64,000 nucleotides of DNA from Candidatus Bathyarchaeota archaeon. GTDB taxonomy: Archaea; Thermoproteota; Bathyarchaeia; Bathyarchaeales; Bathycorpusculaceae. Shown here one piece after another: positions 1 to 9,498 of the stretch. Location of the stretch: the NCBI GenBank assembly GCA_026014465.1, contig JAOZID010000010.1:838303-902302 (forward strand), given 5' to 3'. A program made the position numbers and the translations under genes. Below the pieces are notes generated by a model, which searched no databases, was not told the DNA's origin, and saw only the letters and a program-made list of their open reading frames with translations. Numbering within the stretch: the first letter of the stretch is position 1; each line of letters opens with the position of its first letter.

Positions 1-886
1 GGTTCTGATCTGCTGCTAACTCGCCGCGTTCTCGTAGCACCTGTCTTGAGAGGAGCCAGAAGATTACAGCTAGGGCGCGTCTGCCTTTGTTGTTGGTTGG
101 GATGACGAGGTCTACGCCTGAGAATTCGTTGTCGGTGCTGCATAGGGCTACGATGGGTATGCCTACGTCGGATGCTTCTTTGACTGCTTGGGCGTCTGCG
201 CGGGGGTCAGAAACGACGATGATTTCGGGGTCTACTCGGTTGGGGTACAGAGGGTTTGAGAGCATACCGGGTATGAATCTGCCGATGAGGGGCATGGAGC
301 CGGTGAGTTGGCAGAATTTGCGGATGGGTTCGTGAGCGTATAGACGGGTTGCTGCGACGGCGATTTTTGAGGGGTCGTAGCGGGCTAGGAATTTGCCTGC
401 GACGCGTATGCGGTCGTCGGTCTTTTTTACGTCTAAAACGAAGAGTCCGTCGGGGCGTACGCGGTAGATGAAGGGTTCCATGTCTTGGGTTTTCATGCGG
501 GTTCCGATGTGGATGCCTGCGGAGAGCAGGGTGTCGCGTGGGAGCAGGAGGTCTTCGCCGTCTGAGGGCGCCGTTGGGGTTTCGGGAGCTTCAGGAGCTT
601 CTTCAAAGACTTCTTCTTCAGATTCGATTTCAACCTGAACTTCTTCGTCTTCAGCTTGTTCTTCCTCAACTTCTTCGGGTTGGGTTTCTTCTTCAGCGGC
701 TTGTGTTTCTTCTGCTTCTTCAGGTTGTTCGCTTTCTGCTGCTTTAGCTTCTTGTTCTTCTACAGCGTCTGGGGCTTCAACCTGTTCTTCCTCAACTTGC
801 TCTACGTCGGGTTTTTGTTCCTCGACTTCTTGGGGTTCGGCTTCGTCTTCGGTTGAGGGTTTCGTTTTTATTTCATCTTCTGCCAA
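1..886 (-). CDS. rps2: 30S ribosomal protein uS2, 3' end cut by window edge; ~110-aa acidic N-terminal extension
   Basis: Absent from ORF track (no stop in window). My minus-strand translation from TTG 886 gives LAEDEIKTKPSTEDEAEPQEVEE...LLLPRDTLLSAGIHIGTRMKTQDMEPFIYRVRPDGLFVLDVKKTDDRIRVAGKFL...IVVSDPRADAQAVKEASDVGIPIVALCSTDN, which is the uS2 core. Lies directly downstream of eno, a common archaeal linkage. Confidence 0.85.
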   Translation of the reverse strand, partial: MAEDEIKTKPSTEDEAEPQEVEEQKPDVEQVEEEQVEAPDAVEEQEAKAAESEQPEEAEETQAAEEETQPEEVEEEQAEDEEVQVEIESEEEVFEEAPEAPETPTAPSDGEDLLLPRDTLLSAGIHIGTRMKTQDMEPFIYRVRPDGLFVLDVKKTDDRIRVAGKFLARYDPSKIAVAATRLYAHEPIRKFCQLTGSMPLIGRFIPGMLSNPLYPNRVDPEIIVVSDPRADAQAVKEASDVGIPIVALCSTDNEFSGVDLVIPTNNKGRRALAVIFWLLSRQVLRERGELAADQN

Positions 887-902
887 AATAGTTTTTCTCC
901 TG

Positions 903-2183
903 TTAAATTTTTAATTCAGCCATTTTTGCGCGGCTACCAAGGAAATGTTCAATCCTTAGCAGCTCGTTTAGCTTTGCAATACGTGAGCCTTCAACTACAC
1001 CTGTTTTGATAACAGGGCAGCCGTAAGCTACTGCCAGATGAGCAATATGCCAATCTGGGGTGTCGCCGCTTCGGTGAGACATAACGCAGCTGTAACCGTT
1101 TCTTTGGGCGGTCTGGATGGTTTCCAGCGCGTCGGTTAAGGTTCCGATTTGGTTGACTTTGATTATAATCGCGTTTCCCGCATTTATTTTAACGCCTTGG
1201 CTTAGGCGCTCGTTGTTGGTGGTAAAGAGGTCATCGCCGCATATCATGCAGTTTTTGGTTTTTGCGGTAAGCTCAGCAGTATTTTCGAAGTCATTTTCGT
1301 CAAAGGGGTCTTCCACGTAGGTCAAATGATATTTTTCGATGAGGTCTTTTAGGTATTCTAGCTGTTCGCCTGAGTCGCGATTTACGCCTTCGGTTTTGTA
1401 TTCGTATTTTTGTTCTTTGCTGTTGTAAAAGGAAGCCGCTGCGACGTCAACACCAAAACCGCATTCAAAATCCAATTCGTTGCCCACGTCTTCGCAGGCT
1501 TTGGCTATGACTTCAAATGCGTCGTTACCGTCAATATTAGCTATCCAAGCGCCTTCATCGCTTTTGCCTGCCGTGAAGGTCTTGTCTTTCCTTTTGAGGG
1601 CGTCGCCGATTTTTTTGTGAATCATAGCGTTGGCGGTTACGGCTTCAAGGAAGGTTTCTGCGCCGTAGGGCAAGGCGAGGTATTCTTGGATGTCGGGGCT
1701 TTTGCCGCGTGCGTGTTGTCCGCCTGAGATGCAGTTGCCTAAGGGGTAGGGCAGGGTTGTTGCGGTTGTTCCGCCTAGGAACTGGAAGAGGAGCAGGTTG
1801 TGGCTGTTGGCGGCTGCTTCGGCGTTGGCTATGCTTATGGCAAACGCGGTGTTTCCGCCTATAACTTTGAAGTTTGTTGTGCCGTCTATTTCGTGGAGGG
1901 TGTTGTCGATTTCTTCTTGGTAATCGGCGTTTAGCCCTGCAAGTTCAGCGGTTATGAGTTCATCAACTTTCTTTACGGCATCATCTACGCCGCCAGGTGG
2001 GTAATAGACTACCTCAGCTTTTCCCCGGCTTTTTCCCGCTGGAGCCGCTGTACGACCAAAGCCAGAAGTTGTAACCACATCCACTTCGATGGTTTCTTCG
2101 CCACGGTTGTTAAAGATTTTCCGCGCAATTAAGTCCTCAATTATCGACGACACGCTAGATTCCTCAAGTGGATAGACATTCAT
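903..2183 (-). CDS. eno: enolase (phosphopyruvate hydratase)
   Basis: 426 aa, full enolase architecture. C-terminal SHRSGDT motif, IKVNQIGTLT and GDDLF motifs. Confidence 0.95.
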   Translation of the reverse strand: MNVYPLEESSVSSIIEDLIARKIFNNRGEETIEVDVVTTSGFGRTAAPAGKSRGKAEVVYYPPGGVDDAVKKVDELITAELAGLNADYQEEIDNTLHEIDGTTNFKVIGGNTAFAISIANAEAAANSHNLLLFQFLGGTTATTLPYPLGNCISGGQHARGKSPDIQEYLALPYGAETFLEAVTANAMIHKKIGDALKRKDKTFTAGKSDEGAWIANIDGNDAFEVIAKACEDVGNELDFECGFGVDVAAASFYNSKEQKYEYKTEGVNRDSGEQLEYLKDLIEKYHLTYVEDPFDENDFENTAELTAKTKNCMICGDDLFTTNNERLSQGVKINAGNAIIIKVNQIGTLTDALETIQTAQRNGYSCVMSHRSGDTPDWHIAHLAVAYGCPVIKTGVVEGSRIAKLNELLRIEHFLGSRAKMAELKI

Positions 2184-2434
2184 GTTTAGCTCTTATTTTA
2201 ACTTTCGGAAAACAATCTTTCACGTTTAACGTCTTTTAGCCAATTCTCACCCATTTACTGATAAGACACGAAAGTTTTTTTGGCGGGTCTTTACGAAATG
2301 AGCCAAAGCGGTGTTTCTGCTTTTTGGGTGTTTCATTGGGGAAAAAGTGGTTTTTTGTGAGCAAAAATTTCTGTGACTTGATAATACTTATTTATGGGCG
2401 CGTGGCTTTTGTGTCAGTACGGAAGGAATTAGTT

Positions 2435-2806
2435 GTGAGTGACGAAATTTCAAAGTTACCTCCTCAGGTTCAGGAACGTCTTATGAGGCTTCAGCAGCTT
2501 CAGCAGACTATGCAGACTATTTTGCAGCAAAAGCAGCAGATAGAGTTGGAGCAAAAAGAGGTTGAGCAGACTCTTGCAGAGTTGGATAAAACCTCTGATG
2601 ATGCAGTGATTTACAAGACCGCGGGTTCTTTGCTGGTGAAGTCAGATAAAGCCAAGGCTGTTGATGAGCTAAAGGAACGCAAGGATTTGCTGGACACAAG
2701 AGTTAGCGTTTTGGGCAGGCAAGAAGAACGCATGCGCAGCCAACTCAAAGAAGTCCAAAGTAAACTTCAGCAAGACCTAAACCCAGTCTCGTCAGCTTCC
2801 CAGTAA
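2435..2806 (+). CDS. pfdB: prefoldin beta subunit
   Basis: Coiled-coil/beta-hairpin/coiled-coil layout (LQQLQQT...IYKTAGSLLVKSDK...LKERKDLLDTR). GTG 2435 is in frame with track ORF 2324..2806 and preceded by ggaagg. The N-terminal 37 aa of the track ORF look non-coding. Confidence 0.8.
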   Translation: MSDEISKLPPQVQERLMRLQQLQQTMQTILQQKQQIELEQKEVEQTLAELDKTSDDAVIYKTAGSLLVKSDKAKAVDELKERKDLLDTRVSVLGRQEERMRSQLKEVQSKLQQDLNPVSSASQ

Positions 2807-2827
2807 AGGGGTAAAAGGTGAGTCTCG

Positions 2828-3115
2828 TTGGAGCTTGGCATACCCGAGTTAACCGACGAGCAAATCGAAACCCTCTGTGACGAAGCAGAGAAAGCCGCTA
2901 GACGGCACATTTTTTATGTTGTTGATCAAAAACAAGTCGAGACGCTAAACATCAGCGTGGAGGCAGAAGGTACAAAGCCTGTTAGCTTAACCGTTGAGGT
3001 GGACTTGCAGCTTTTACCTAAAGCACTGCCCCAAGTTAACCAGAAGGCGCTGGTGGATGAAGCTGTGAAAAAAGCTTTTGAAGCCATTGAAACATACTTG
3101 AGAACGCTAAAATGA
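2828..3115 (+). CDS. small conserved hypothetical protein (possibly the DUF3194-type protein often found beside pfdB)
   Basis: 95-aa ORF, tightly packed between pfdB and the DHH gene (stop overlaps next start). Family assignment is from memory only. Confidence 0.5.
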   Translation: MELGIPELTDEQIETLCDEAEKAARRHIFYVVDQKQVETLNISVEAEGTKPVSLTVEVDLQLLPKALPQVNQKALVDEAVKKAFEAIETYLRTLK

Positions 3116-4116
3116 CCTTCAATGATATACTTGGGCTCTTAGACCAAACCCAAGCCCGCCACGTTTTGCTTCTTTGCCACCACAACAGCGACCCCGACGC
3201 AGTATGCTCAGCCTACGCCTTCATGGGCTTGCTGCAAAAGCTGCGTCCCAAACTGTCAATCGAAATCGGCACAGGACAAGGCGTTAGCAGGCTTACAAAA
3301 AACCTTTTCAGAAACCTGCCCATAACCGTGAACCTGCACCCAGACGTGGAAAAAGCCGACGCCATCATTTTGTTGGATACCAACACGGTGCAGCAGCTAG
3401 ACAGCTTAGCAGAGCACGTAACCAAAACCACATCACCCATCATCGTTGTAGACCACCACGCAGCGCACCCCGACACCCAAGCCCTATGCAGACTATGCAT
3501 AACCAACGAGGACGCCTCAAGCACCTGCGACATCGTCTACGGCTTCTACAAAGAACAAAACATCAAACCCGATCAAAACCAAGCAAACGCATTGTTCATA
3601 GGCATGGCTTTTGACACCCGCCATTTTGTACTGGCAAATTCGGGCACGTTCAAAGCGATTGCGGATTTGGTGGACAGCGGCGTTAACGCACAGGAAGCTT
3701 TGTCGATGCTGGCTATGCCCATGGATTTCTCAGAACGCGTGGCTAGGGTGAAAGCTTGTCGTCGTGCAAGGTTGCTAAGGCTGGGGAACTGGATAATTGC
3801 GTTAAGCCACGTAAGCGCGTACCAAGCATCAGCGGCTAGAGCTTTGACGGATTTGGGGGCACACATGGCAGCAGTTGCAGGCGAGAAAGGCGAGAAAATC
3901 GAAATTAGCATGCGCTGTACCCGCGAGTTTAGCCAAAAAACGGGCATCCACTTGGGCAGAGACATCGCCAAGCCGTTGGGCGAAGCTTTAGGCGGCATGG
4001 GAGGCGGTCACGCTATGGCAGCGGGCGTGAACGGCACTTCGGATGTGGAAATTGCACTGAAACGTTGCCTGCGGCTTTTGAAGGAAAAATTCGCCAAAAC
4101 CTCCAATTCTGAGTAG
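3112..4116 (+). CDS. DHH/DHHA1 family phosphoesterase (NrnA/RecJ-like)
   Basis: DHH motif (VVDHHAAHP), N-terminal HHNSDPDAVCSA motif, DHHA1 GGGHAMAAG motif. Confidence 0.85.
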   Translation: MTFNDILGLLDQTQARHVLLLCHHNSDPDAVCSAYAFMGLLQKLRPKLSIEIGTGQGVSRLTKNLFRNLPITVNLHPDVEKADAIILLDTNTVQQLDSLAEHVTKTTSPIIVVDHHAAHPDTQALCRLCITNEDASSTCDIVYGFYKEQNIKPDQNQANALFIGMAFDTRHFVLANSGTFKAIADLVDSGVNAQEALSMLAMPMDFSERVARVKACRRARLLRLGNWIIALSHVSAYQASAARALTDLGAHMAAVAGEKGEKIEISMRCTREFSQKTGIHLGRDIAKPLGEALGGMGGGHAMAAGVNGTSDVEIALKRCLRLLKEKFAKTSNSE

Positions 4117-4126
4117 TTACTCTTAA

Positions 4127-5014
4127 ATGAAGCCGTCATACGCTTTAGGTAAGCAGGCACAAACAATGACGGTCATTGAAACCAAAAACCTAACATACAC
4201 ATACCCTGGCGCGTCAAAGCCGTCAATCCAAGACGTCTCCATAAAAGTTGAGGAAGGCGAATTTGTCCTCATCACGGGTCCAAGCGGCTGCGGCAAAACC
4301 ACTTTGTGCCGAACTTTTAACGGTTTAATTCCACAGTTTTACCAAGGAGAAATGCAAGGCGAAATCTTGGTTGCAGATTTGGATGCTTCCAAAAGACCCA
4401 TCCATGAGATGGCAAAGCATGTGGGATTGGTTTTTCAAAACCCCGAAAACCAGCTATTCGCGTTGAGCGTAGAAAAAGACGTTGCGTTTGGGCTGGAAAA
4501 CTTGGAGTATACGCGTGAGGAGATGCGTGAGCGGGTGGATTGGGCGCTTAACTTGGCGGGTATCTATGATTTGCGGGAGCGTTCACCTCATGAAATGTCA
4601 GGCGGCCAGCAGCAGCGCGTGGCGATTGCAGCGGTTTTAGCCATGCAACCTAAAATCATAGTTTTAGATGAACCCACAAGCTTTCTAGACCCCTTAAGCG
4701 CAGAAAGAATTTTTGAAGTAATCTATCACCTAAACAAGAAACTGGGCATAACCGTGGTTTTGGTAGAGCACCGCTTGGACTTGACCGCGAAATATGCTAA
4801 CCACATCATAATTATGGACGAGGGCAAGGTCTGCTTTGATGGTGACCCAAAAAAGGTGTTGAGCACTGAAGCTGCGCGGCTAATTGGCGTGGGTATTCCT
4901 AAAGCAACGCTTCTGTATGAGATGCTGCAAAAAGAAGGTGCAGACCTTGAAAAAACCACGCCCCTAGCCTCCGATGAGTTGGCAAGAATCTTAAAGGAGG
5001 CACTGCACAAGTAA
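4127..5014 (+). CDS. ecfA1: ECF transporter ATPase component EcfA1
   Basis: Walker A GPSGCGKTT, signature MSGGQQQRVAIA, Walker B IIVLDEPTS. First of an A-A-T triplet. Start may be the internal Met at 4166. Confidence 0.9.
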   Translation: MKPSYALGKQAQTMTVIETKNLTYTYPGASKPSIQDVSIKVEEGEFVLITGPSGCGKTTLCRTFNGLIPQFYQGEMQGEILVADLDASKRPIHEMAKHVGLVFQNPENQLFALSVEKDVAFGLENLEYTREEMRERVDWALNLAGIYDLRERSPHEMSGGQQQRVAIAAVLAMQPKIIVLDEPTSFLDPLSAERIFEVIYHLNKKLGITVVLVEHRLDLTAKYANHIIIMDEGKVCFDGDPKKVLSTEAARLIGVGIPKATLLYEMLQKEGADLEKTTPLASDELARILKEALHK

Positions 5015-5838
5015 TGCTAACTGTGGATAACGTGCGGTTCTCGTATCCCAGCGGCGTAGAAGCCCTCAAAGGCGTCTCTCTAACCGTCAAAGACGGCGAG
5101 TTCGTTGCGATTATGGGACAAAACGGCGCAGGCAAAACCACGCTGGTCAAGCAATTCAACGGATTGCTAAAGCCAACCCAAGGCAGCGTACAAGTCGACG
5201 GCGTAGAAACCAGCAAAAGCAGCGTCGCCTCGTTAGCACGCAAAGTCGGATTCGTCTTCCAAAACCCCGACCACCAACTTTTCAGCGAATCTGTCGAAGA
5301 AGAAATCGGGTTTGCCCTCAAAAACTTTGGATACAAACCAGAAGTCATTGAAGAACGCGTAGATTGGGCGGTAAACCTGCTTGGGATTAGCCAGTACCGT
5401 AAGACATCGCCGTTTATGCTCAGCGGAGGAGAACGAAAACGTGTCGCGTTGGCGTCGGTTTTGGCTTGGGACCCGCAGATTCTGGTTTTAGACGAACCCA
5501 CCATAGGGCAAGACCACAGGCAAAAACAAAACCTACGCCAATTCGTTATGCAGCTGCAAACCCAGAAGAAGACCATTGTTATGGTTACGCATGATGTGGA
5601 GTTTGTGGCAGAATGCAATCCGCGGGTTGTTTTGATGCGTGGCGGACAAATCTTAGCCGACGGGAAGGGCAAGGACATGTTAACTGATGAGTCGCTGCTT
5701 GCGCAGTCGTCAATTGTTTTGCCTCAAATCGCGCAGGTTTTCACACAGCTAACCGCTGAAGGACTGCCAAAAAATATCATCGACATCTATGAAGCAAAAA
5801 CGCTGCTGTTTGAAGCGTTGCGGAGGAAACAACCATGA
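5014..5838 (+). CDS. ecfA2: ECF transporter ATPase component EcfA2
   Basis: Walker A GQNGAGKTT, signature LSGGERKRVALA, Walker B ILVLDEPT. Start overlaps upstream stop. Confidence 0.9.
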   Translation: MLTVDNVRFSYPSGVEALKGVSLTVKDGEFVAIMGQNGAGKTTLVKQFNGLLKPTQGSVQVDGVETSKSSVASLARKVGFVFQNPDHQLFSESVEEEIGFALKNFGYKPEVIEERVDWAVNLLGISQYRKTSPFMLSGGERKRVALASVLAWDPQILVLDEPTIGQDHRQKQNLRQFVMQLQTQKKTIVMVTHDVEFVAECNPRVVLMRGGQILADGKGKDMLTDESLLAQSSIVLPQIAQVFTQLTAEGLPKNIIDIYEAKTLLFEALRRKQP

Positions 5839-6626
5839 GCATATTCGACGGCATGAAATTCCGCAAAGTCTACTCCCCCATACACAACCTCGACCCCCGC
5901 ATAAAATTCATCTACGTCATATCCGTATTTTTAGCCGCCATACTGTTTGGAGCTATTATTCCGTTGGTTGCCTTGTTTTTGTTGCAGGTGCCGTTTGTGC
6001 TGATGGCGCGTGTCCAAAAGCAGTGGCTACGTTCACTTCGGGGCGCCGCGTTCTTAGCAACTTTCATATTCATCGTAAACATCGCGGGCAACTTTTTTGT
6101 AAACGGCTACGTGATAACCGCTGCAAACATTGAGAACGCCGTGGCTATGACACTACGGTTTGTGGTTTTGGTTGAATCGTTCTCCGTGTTCTTCTTGACA
6201 ACTTCGCCTGACCATTTGGGGTTGGCGTTGGAGGAGAGCCGTGTGCCCTACGAATTCAGCTTCGCCTTCACCACGGCAGTTCGTTTCGTGCCTGTTCTTG
6301 CTGAAGAAGCCCAAACGATTATGGATGCGCAAAAAGCCCGCGGTTTGGAGCTTGAAAAAGGCAATTTGATGAAGCGCATACGCAAATACATCCCCGTGCT
6401 CATACCCCTAATTGTAAGCGCCATCAGACGAAGCCTCGAGTTAGCTGAAGCCATGGAGTCCCGAGCATGGGGCGCAGCAAAAAAACGAACCAACCTGTAC
6501 GCGCTAAAACTGCACAGAAACGACTACCTGCTGCTAATAGTTATCTTGGCAATCTTGGCGGTAACGGTCTACATGTTCTTGTACGTGCAAATTCCCACGG
6601 TACGCGGCTTCTTTGGCTTCCCATAA
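5835..6626 (+). CDS. ecfT: ECF transporter transmembrane component EcfT (CbiQ family)
   Basis: 263-aa multi-TM protein, 4-nt overlap with ecfA2, conserved ARG..LE type cytoplasmic coupling helix (AQKARGLELEKG). Confidence 0.85.
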   Translation: MSIFDGMKFRKVYSPIHNLDPRIKFIYVISVFLAAILFGAIIPLVALFLLQVPFVLMARVQKQWLRSLRGAAFLATFIFIVNIAGNFFVNGYVITAANIENAVAMTLRFVVLVESFSVFFLTTSPDHLGLALEESRVPYEFSFAFTTAVRFVPVLAEEAQTIMDAQKARGLELEKGNLMKRIRKYIPVLIPLIVSAIRRSLELAEAMESRAWGAAKKRTNLYALKLHRNDYLLLIVILAILAVTVYMFLYVQIPTVRGFFGFP

Positions 6627-6728
6627 GAATGGGTTTTTTGGGTTTGCGAAAGGAGCTGCTAAAACGTTTTTGCTTAGAGGTTAAGCAGAGTTGAGGAAAC
6701 GATTTTAAGTTCCCGATTCAGTTTTTGA

Positions 6729-8099
6729 GTGATGACACACAGGCTGTTTGCCGTCGTTCTGGTTTGTCTTATTGTTAGCCCATGTTTGCTTGTTGGGGAG
6801 GCTACGCGGGCTTACGCCTCAGAGTCTACGCCAGATGTGTATTTTGGGGTGGACATAGCCTACGGCGACCAAATCGCAGATGTTAAAGAGTTAATTGACC
6901 AGGTCAGCGAGTTTACGAACCTGTTTATTTTCGGCTGCACGGGGATAACTCGAAACACCAACAAGCTGGTGGAAGCTTGCCAGTACGCCTACGACAAAGG
7001 CTTATCGTTCATACTGTATGAGCCGCTTTGGAGCGACGACCCCCACTGGTTCATGCCGTTCATGGGAACCGAAAACATAACCTACGAAGACGCCAAAGCC
7101 CGATGGGGAGACCAGTTCCTTGGCGTGTACTACTTTGATGAAGTAGGGGGCAAACAGTTAGACATTAGCAGTCCCCGACCTGTCTACGTCGACGAAGATA
7201 ACATCTCGGCAACCGCAACCTATTTTGAGCAAAACCTAAACGCAAAACTGTCAGAAAACCTAAACAAAGGCATTCCACTGTTCACGTCAGATTACGCTTT
7301 GTACTGGTTTGATTACAAGGCAGGGTACGATGTCATATTCGCGGAGTACGGCTGGAACTACAGCAGGCAACTAAACACGGCATGTTGCAGGGGAGCGGCG
7401 CAGACTCAGGGGAAAGATTGGGGCATGATTGTTGCTTGGACATACATGAACCCGCCCTATATTGAGTCGGGGGAAGAACTCTATCAAGACCTCATCTTGG
7501 CGTATGATAACGGCGCAAAATACATAACCATATTCAACTCGAACAGAAACTATACCAGCAGCATCCTCCAAGAAGAACACCTACAAGCCATGAGGCAGTT
7601 TTGGGAGCACATACAAGAAAACCCCAGAAAAGCAGTTCCCGTTGAGCAAAGAACCGCATTCGTTTTGCCCCACGGCTACGCCTACGGCTTTAGAGGACCT
7701 GAAGACAAAATCTGGGGACTCTGGGAAGCCGACGACTTCGCCTACAGCCTAAGCGTAAACGTAAACCACCTCTTAGACCAATACGGCACCGCCCTTGACA
7801 TAATCTACGACGATAACTTGGAAACAGGCATAGCCGACAACTACAAACAAGTCATATACTGGAACGACACTAACCTCCCAACAGCTCCACCCACACCTAC
7901 AAAAACGCCAACACCCACGCCGTCGCAGACCCCAACAGAGAGCCCAAGCCCGCAGACCACACAATCACCCACCAGTTCGCCAAGTCCACAAGACAACTTG
8001 CTTTTCTCGTTAGGGCACGTATATGTGGTTGTGTTAGGGGTTGTGGTGGCTGCTGCGGTTGCGGCAGTAATTGTTCTTAGGCGAAAACTGACGGCGTAG
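6729..8099 (+). CDS. secreted/surface-anchored protein of unknown function (signal peptide, P/T/S linker, C-terminal TM anchor)
   Basis: N-terminal hydrophobic signal (LFAVVLVCLIVSPCLLVG), PTPTKTPTPTPSQTPTESPSPQTTQSPTSSPSP linker, terminal TM helix plus RRK. Confidence 0.7.
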   Translation: MMTHRLFAVVLVCLIVSPCLLVGEATRAYASESTPDVYFGVDIAYGDQIADVKELIDQVSEFTNLFIFGCTGITRNTNKLVEACQYAYDKGLSFILYEPLWSDDPHWFMPFMGTENITYEDAKARWGDQFLGVYYFDEVGGKQLDISSPRPVYVDEDNISATATYFEQNLNAKLSENLNKGIPLFTSDYALYWFDYKAGYDVIFAEYGWNYSRQLNTACCRGAAQTQGKDWGMIVAWTYMNPPYIESGEELYQDLILAYDNGAKYITIFNSNRNYTSSILQEEHLQAMRQFWEHIQENPRKAVPVEQRTAFVLPHGYAYGFRGPEDKIWGLWEADDFAYSLSVNVNHLLDQYGTALDIIYDDNLETGIADNYKQVIYWNDTNLPTAPPTPTKTPTPTPSQTPTESPSPQTTQSPTSSPSPQDNLLFSLGHVYVVVLGVVVAAAVAAVIVLRRKLTA

Positions 8100-8161
8100 G
8101 GAAGCACGTTTTTTAGGCTCAAACCCCGTATGAAGGTAACTACACAAGAAAAGGCGTTGTT

Positions 8162-9034
8162 TTGATGGTTGAGCATGCACGGTTTGGTCCTGCGGGTGTT
8201 CCCCCAGTGTTTAGGGTGATGGGGGCAAAGACTGCTGATGTTCCCAAGCTGCTGCGAGAGGAAGGGTTGGATGCGTTTGAGTACGCGGCGGTTAGGTGGG
8301 GGCAGTATCCGCAGATTAAACAAGAAGAAGCACAGAAACTGGGCGTGGCAGCCAAACAAAACGACGTCAAACTGAGCGTACACGCTTCTTATTTTATCAA
8401 CTTGGCAGGCGAACCCCAAATCGTCCAAGCCAGCAAGAACAGGTTAATCGCAGCAGCCACAGCAGCGCATTGGATGGGTGCGTACGTGGTGGTTTTTCAC
8501 GCGGGGTTTTATGGCAAAAACAGCAAACCCCAAACGTACAAGAAAAGCGTGCAAGCCATCAAAGAGGTTTTGCAAACCCTCAAAGACCAAGGCATACAAG
8601 ACGTGAAGCTGGGTCCTGAAACCATGGGACGCCACAGCCAATTCGGAACCATAGAAGAAATCGTAGATGTCTGCGAAGAAATCGAGCAAACCCAGCTAGT
8701 CATCGACTGGGGACACATGCACGCGCGAAGCGGAGGACAACTCAAAACACCCCAGGACTTTCGCGAAATCATAAACAAAGCCGAACACAAACTGGGTATA
8801 GAAGCCGTACGCAACATGCACTGCCACTTCAGCAAAATCGAATACACCTACAAATCAGGAGAAAAACGCCACCACCAACTAGACAACCCCGCCTACGGAC
8901 CCGAATTTGAAAACCTCGCTCACATCATCAAAGAATACAAAATGCATCCCACCATCATCTGCGAAACCCCCATGCTTGACATCGACGCCAAACAAATGCG
9001 CGATACGCTACAAAAAATCCAGGAAACCATCTAA
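8162..9034 (+). CDS. AP endonuclease family 2 / xylose-isomerase-like TIM barrel protein (endonuclease IV-like)
   Basis: SVHASYFINLAG, VVVFHAGFY, LGPETMG and DWGHMHA resemble the metal-ligand blocks of Nfo-type TIM barrels. Confidence 0.6.
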   Translation: MMVEHARFGPAGVPPVFRVMGAKTADVPKLLREEGLDAFEYAAVRWGQYPQIKQEEAQKLGVAAKQNDVKLSVHASYFINLAGEPQIVQASKNRLIAAATAAHWMGAYVVVFHAGFYGKNSKPQTYKKSVQAIKEVLQTLKDQGIQDVKLGPETMGRHSQFGTIEEIVDVCEEIEQTQLVIDWGHMHARSGGQLKTPQDFREIINKAEHKLGIEAVRNMHCHFSKIEYTYKSGEKRHHQLDNPAYGPEFENLAHIIKEYKMHPTIICETPMLDIDAKQMRDTLQKIQETI

Positions 9035-9084
9035 ACGCCAAGATGAGGCATAGTTTTGGTTTTTAACATTAGATTTATTAGGTC

Positions 9085-9462
9085 ATGCTTCGTGTTGTTG
9101 GTTTAAAGGCGATTTGGATGGCTGGTCTTTCGAAGCTTGGTGCTGAGGGCGTGTTGCCTTTGGCGTCTGTTGTGTTTTATGGTTTGGCAGGTTTGATTTG
9201 GCTGGTTATGTTGCCTTTGACAGGTTTTCCGCCCCATGTGGGGTTGCTTGGCGTCGCCAGCGTCTTGGCAGCTTATGGGTTATTCAAAAAATCTCCGTGG
9301 GCAATGTGGCTGATTCTGGTTTTGTTTGTCGTAATCACCGCGTTTGCGGGAATCACCGCAGTTTCAGTTATAGGAGTTGACGTGCTTACGGGCGCGGGTA
9401 TGCTGGTGTATGCTGTGCTTACTTGGGTGTTCACTTTCTACGCCGTAACCCACAGAAAATAA
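9085..9462 (+). CDS. small integral membrane protein, unknown function
   Basis: 125 aa, four predicted hydrophobic helices. Confidence 0.55.
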   Translation: MLRVVGLKAIWMAGLSKLGAEGVLPLASVVFYGLAGLIWLVMLPLTGFPPHVGLLGVASVLAAYGLFKKSPWAMWLILVLFVVITAFAGITAVSVIGVDVLTGAGMLVYAVLTWVFTFYAVTHRK

Positions 9463-9498
9463 GAAAAGACAAAAAGGGCATTAACGCCCACCAAAGAA

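Noticed and set aside
538-856. Plus-strand ORFs 538..747 and 656..856 (L/F-rich)
   Set aside because: They are antisense or shadow frames of the acidic repeat region of uS2. Composition is an artefact of GAA/GAG-rich coding DNA on the other strand.
4899-5678. 259-aa minus-strand ORF antisense to ecfA1/ecfA2
   Set aside because: It fully overlaps two ABC ATPase genes with clear Walker motifs. The sequence is S/T/R-rich antisense noise.
4127-6626. ECF module lacking an adjacent S component as something unusual
   Set aside because: Group II ECF transporters share one energizing module among dispersed S components, so this is ordinary.
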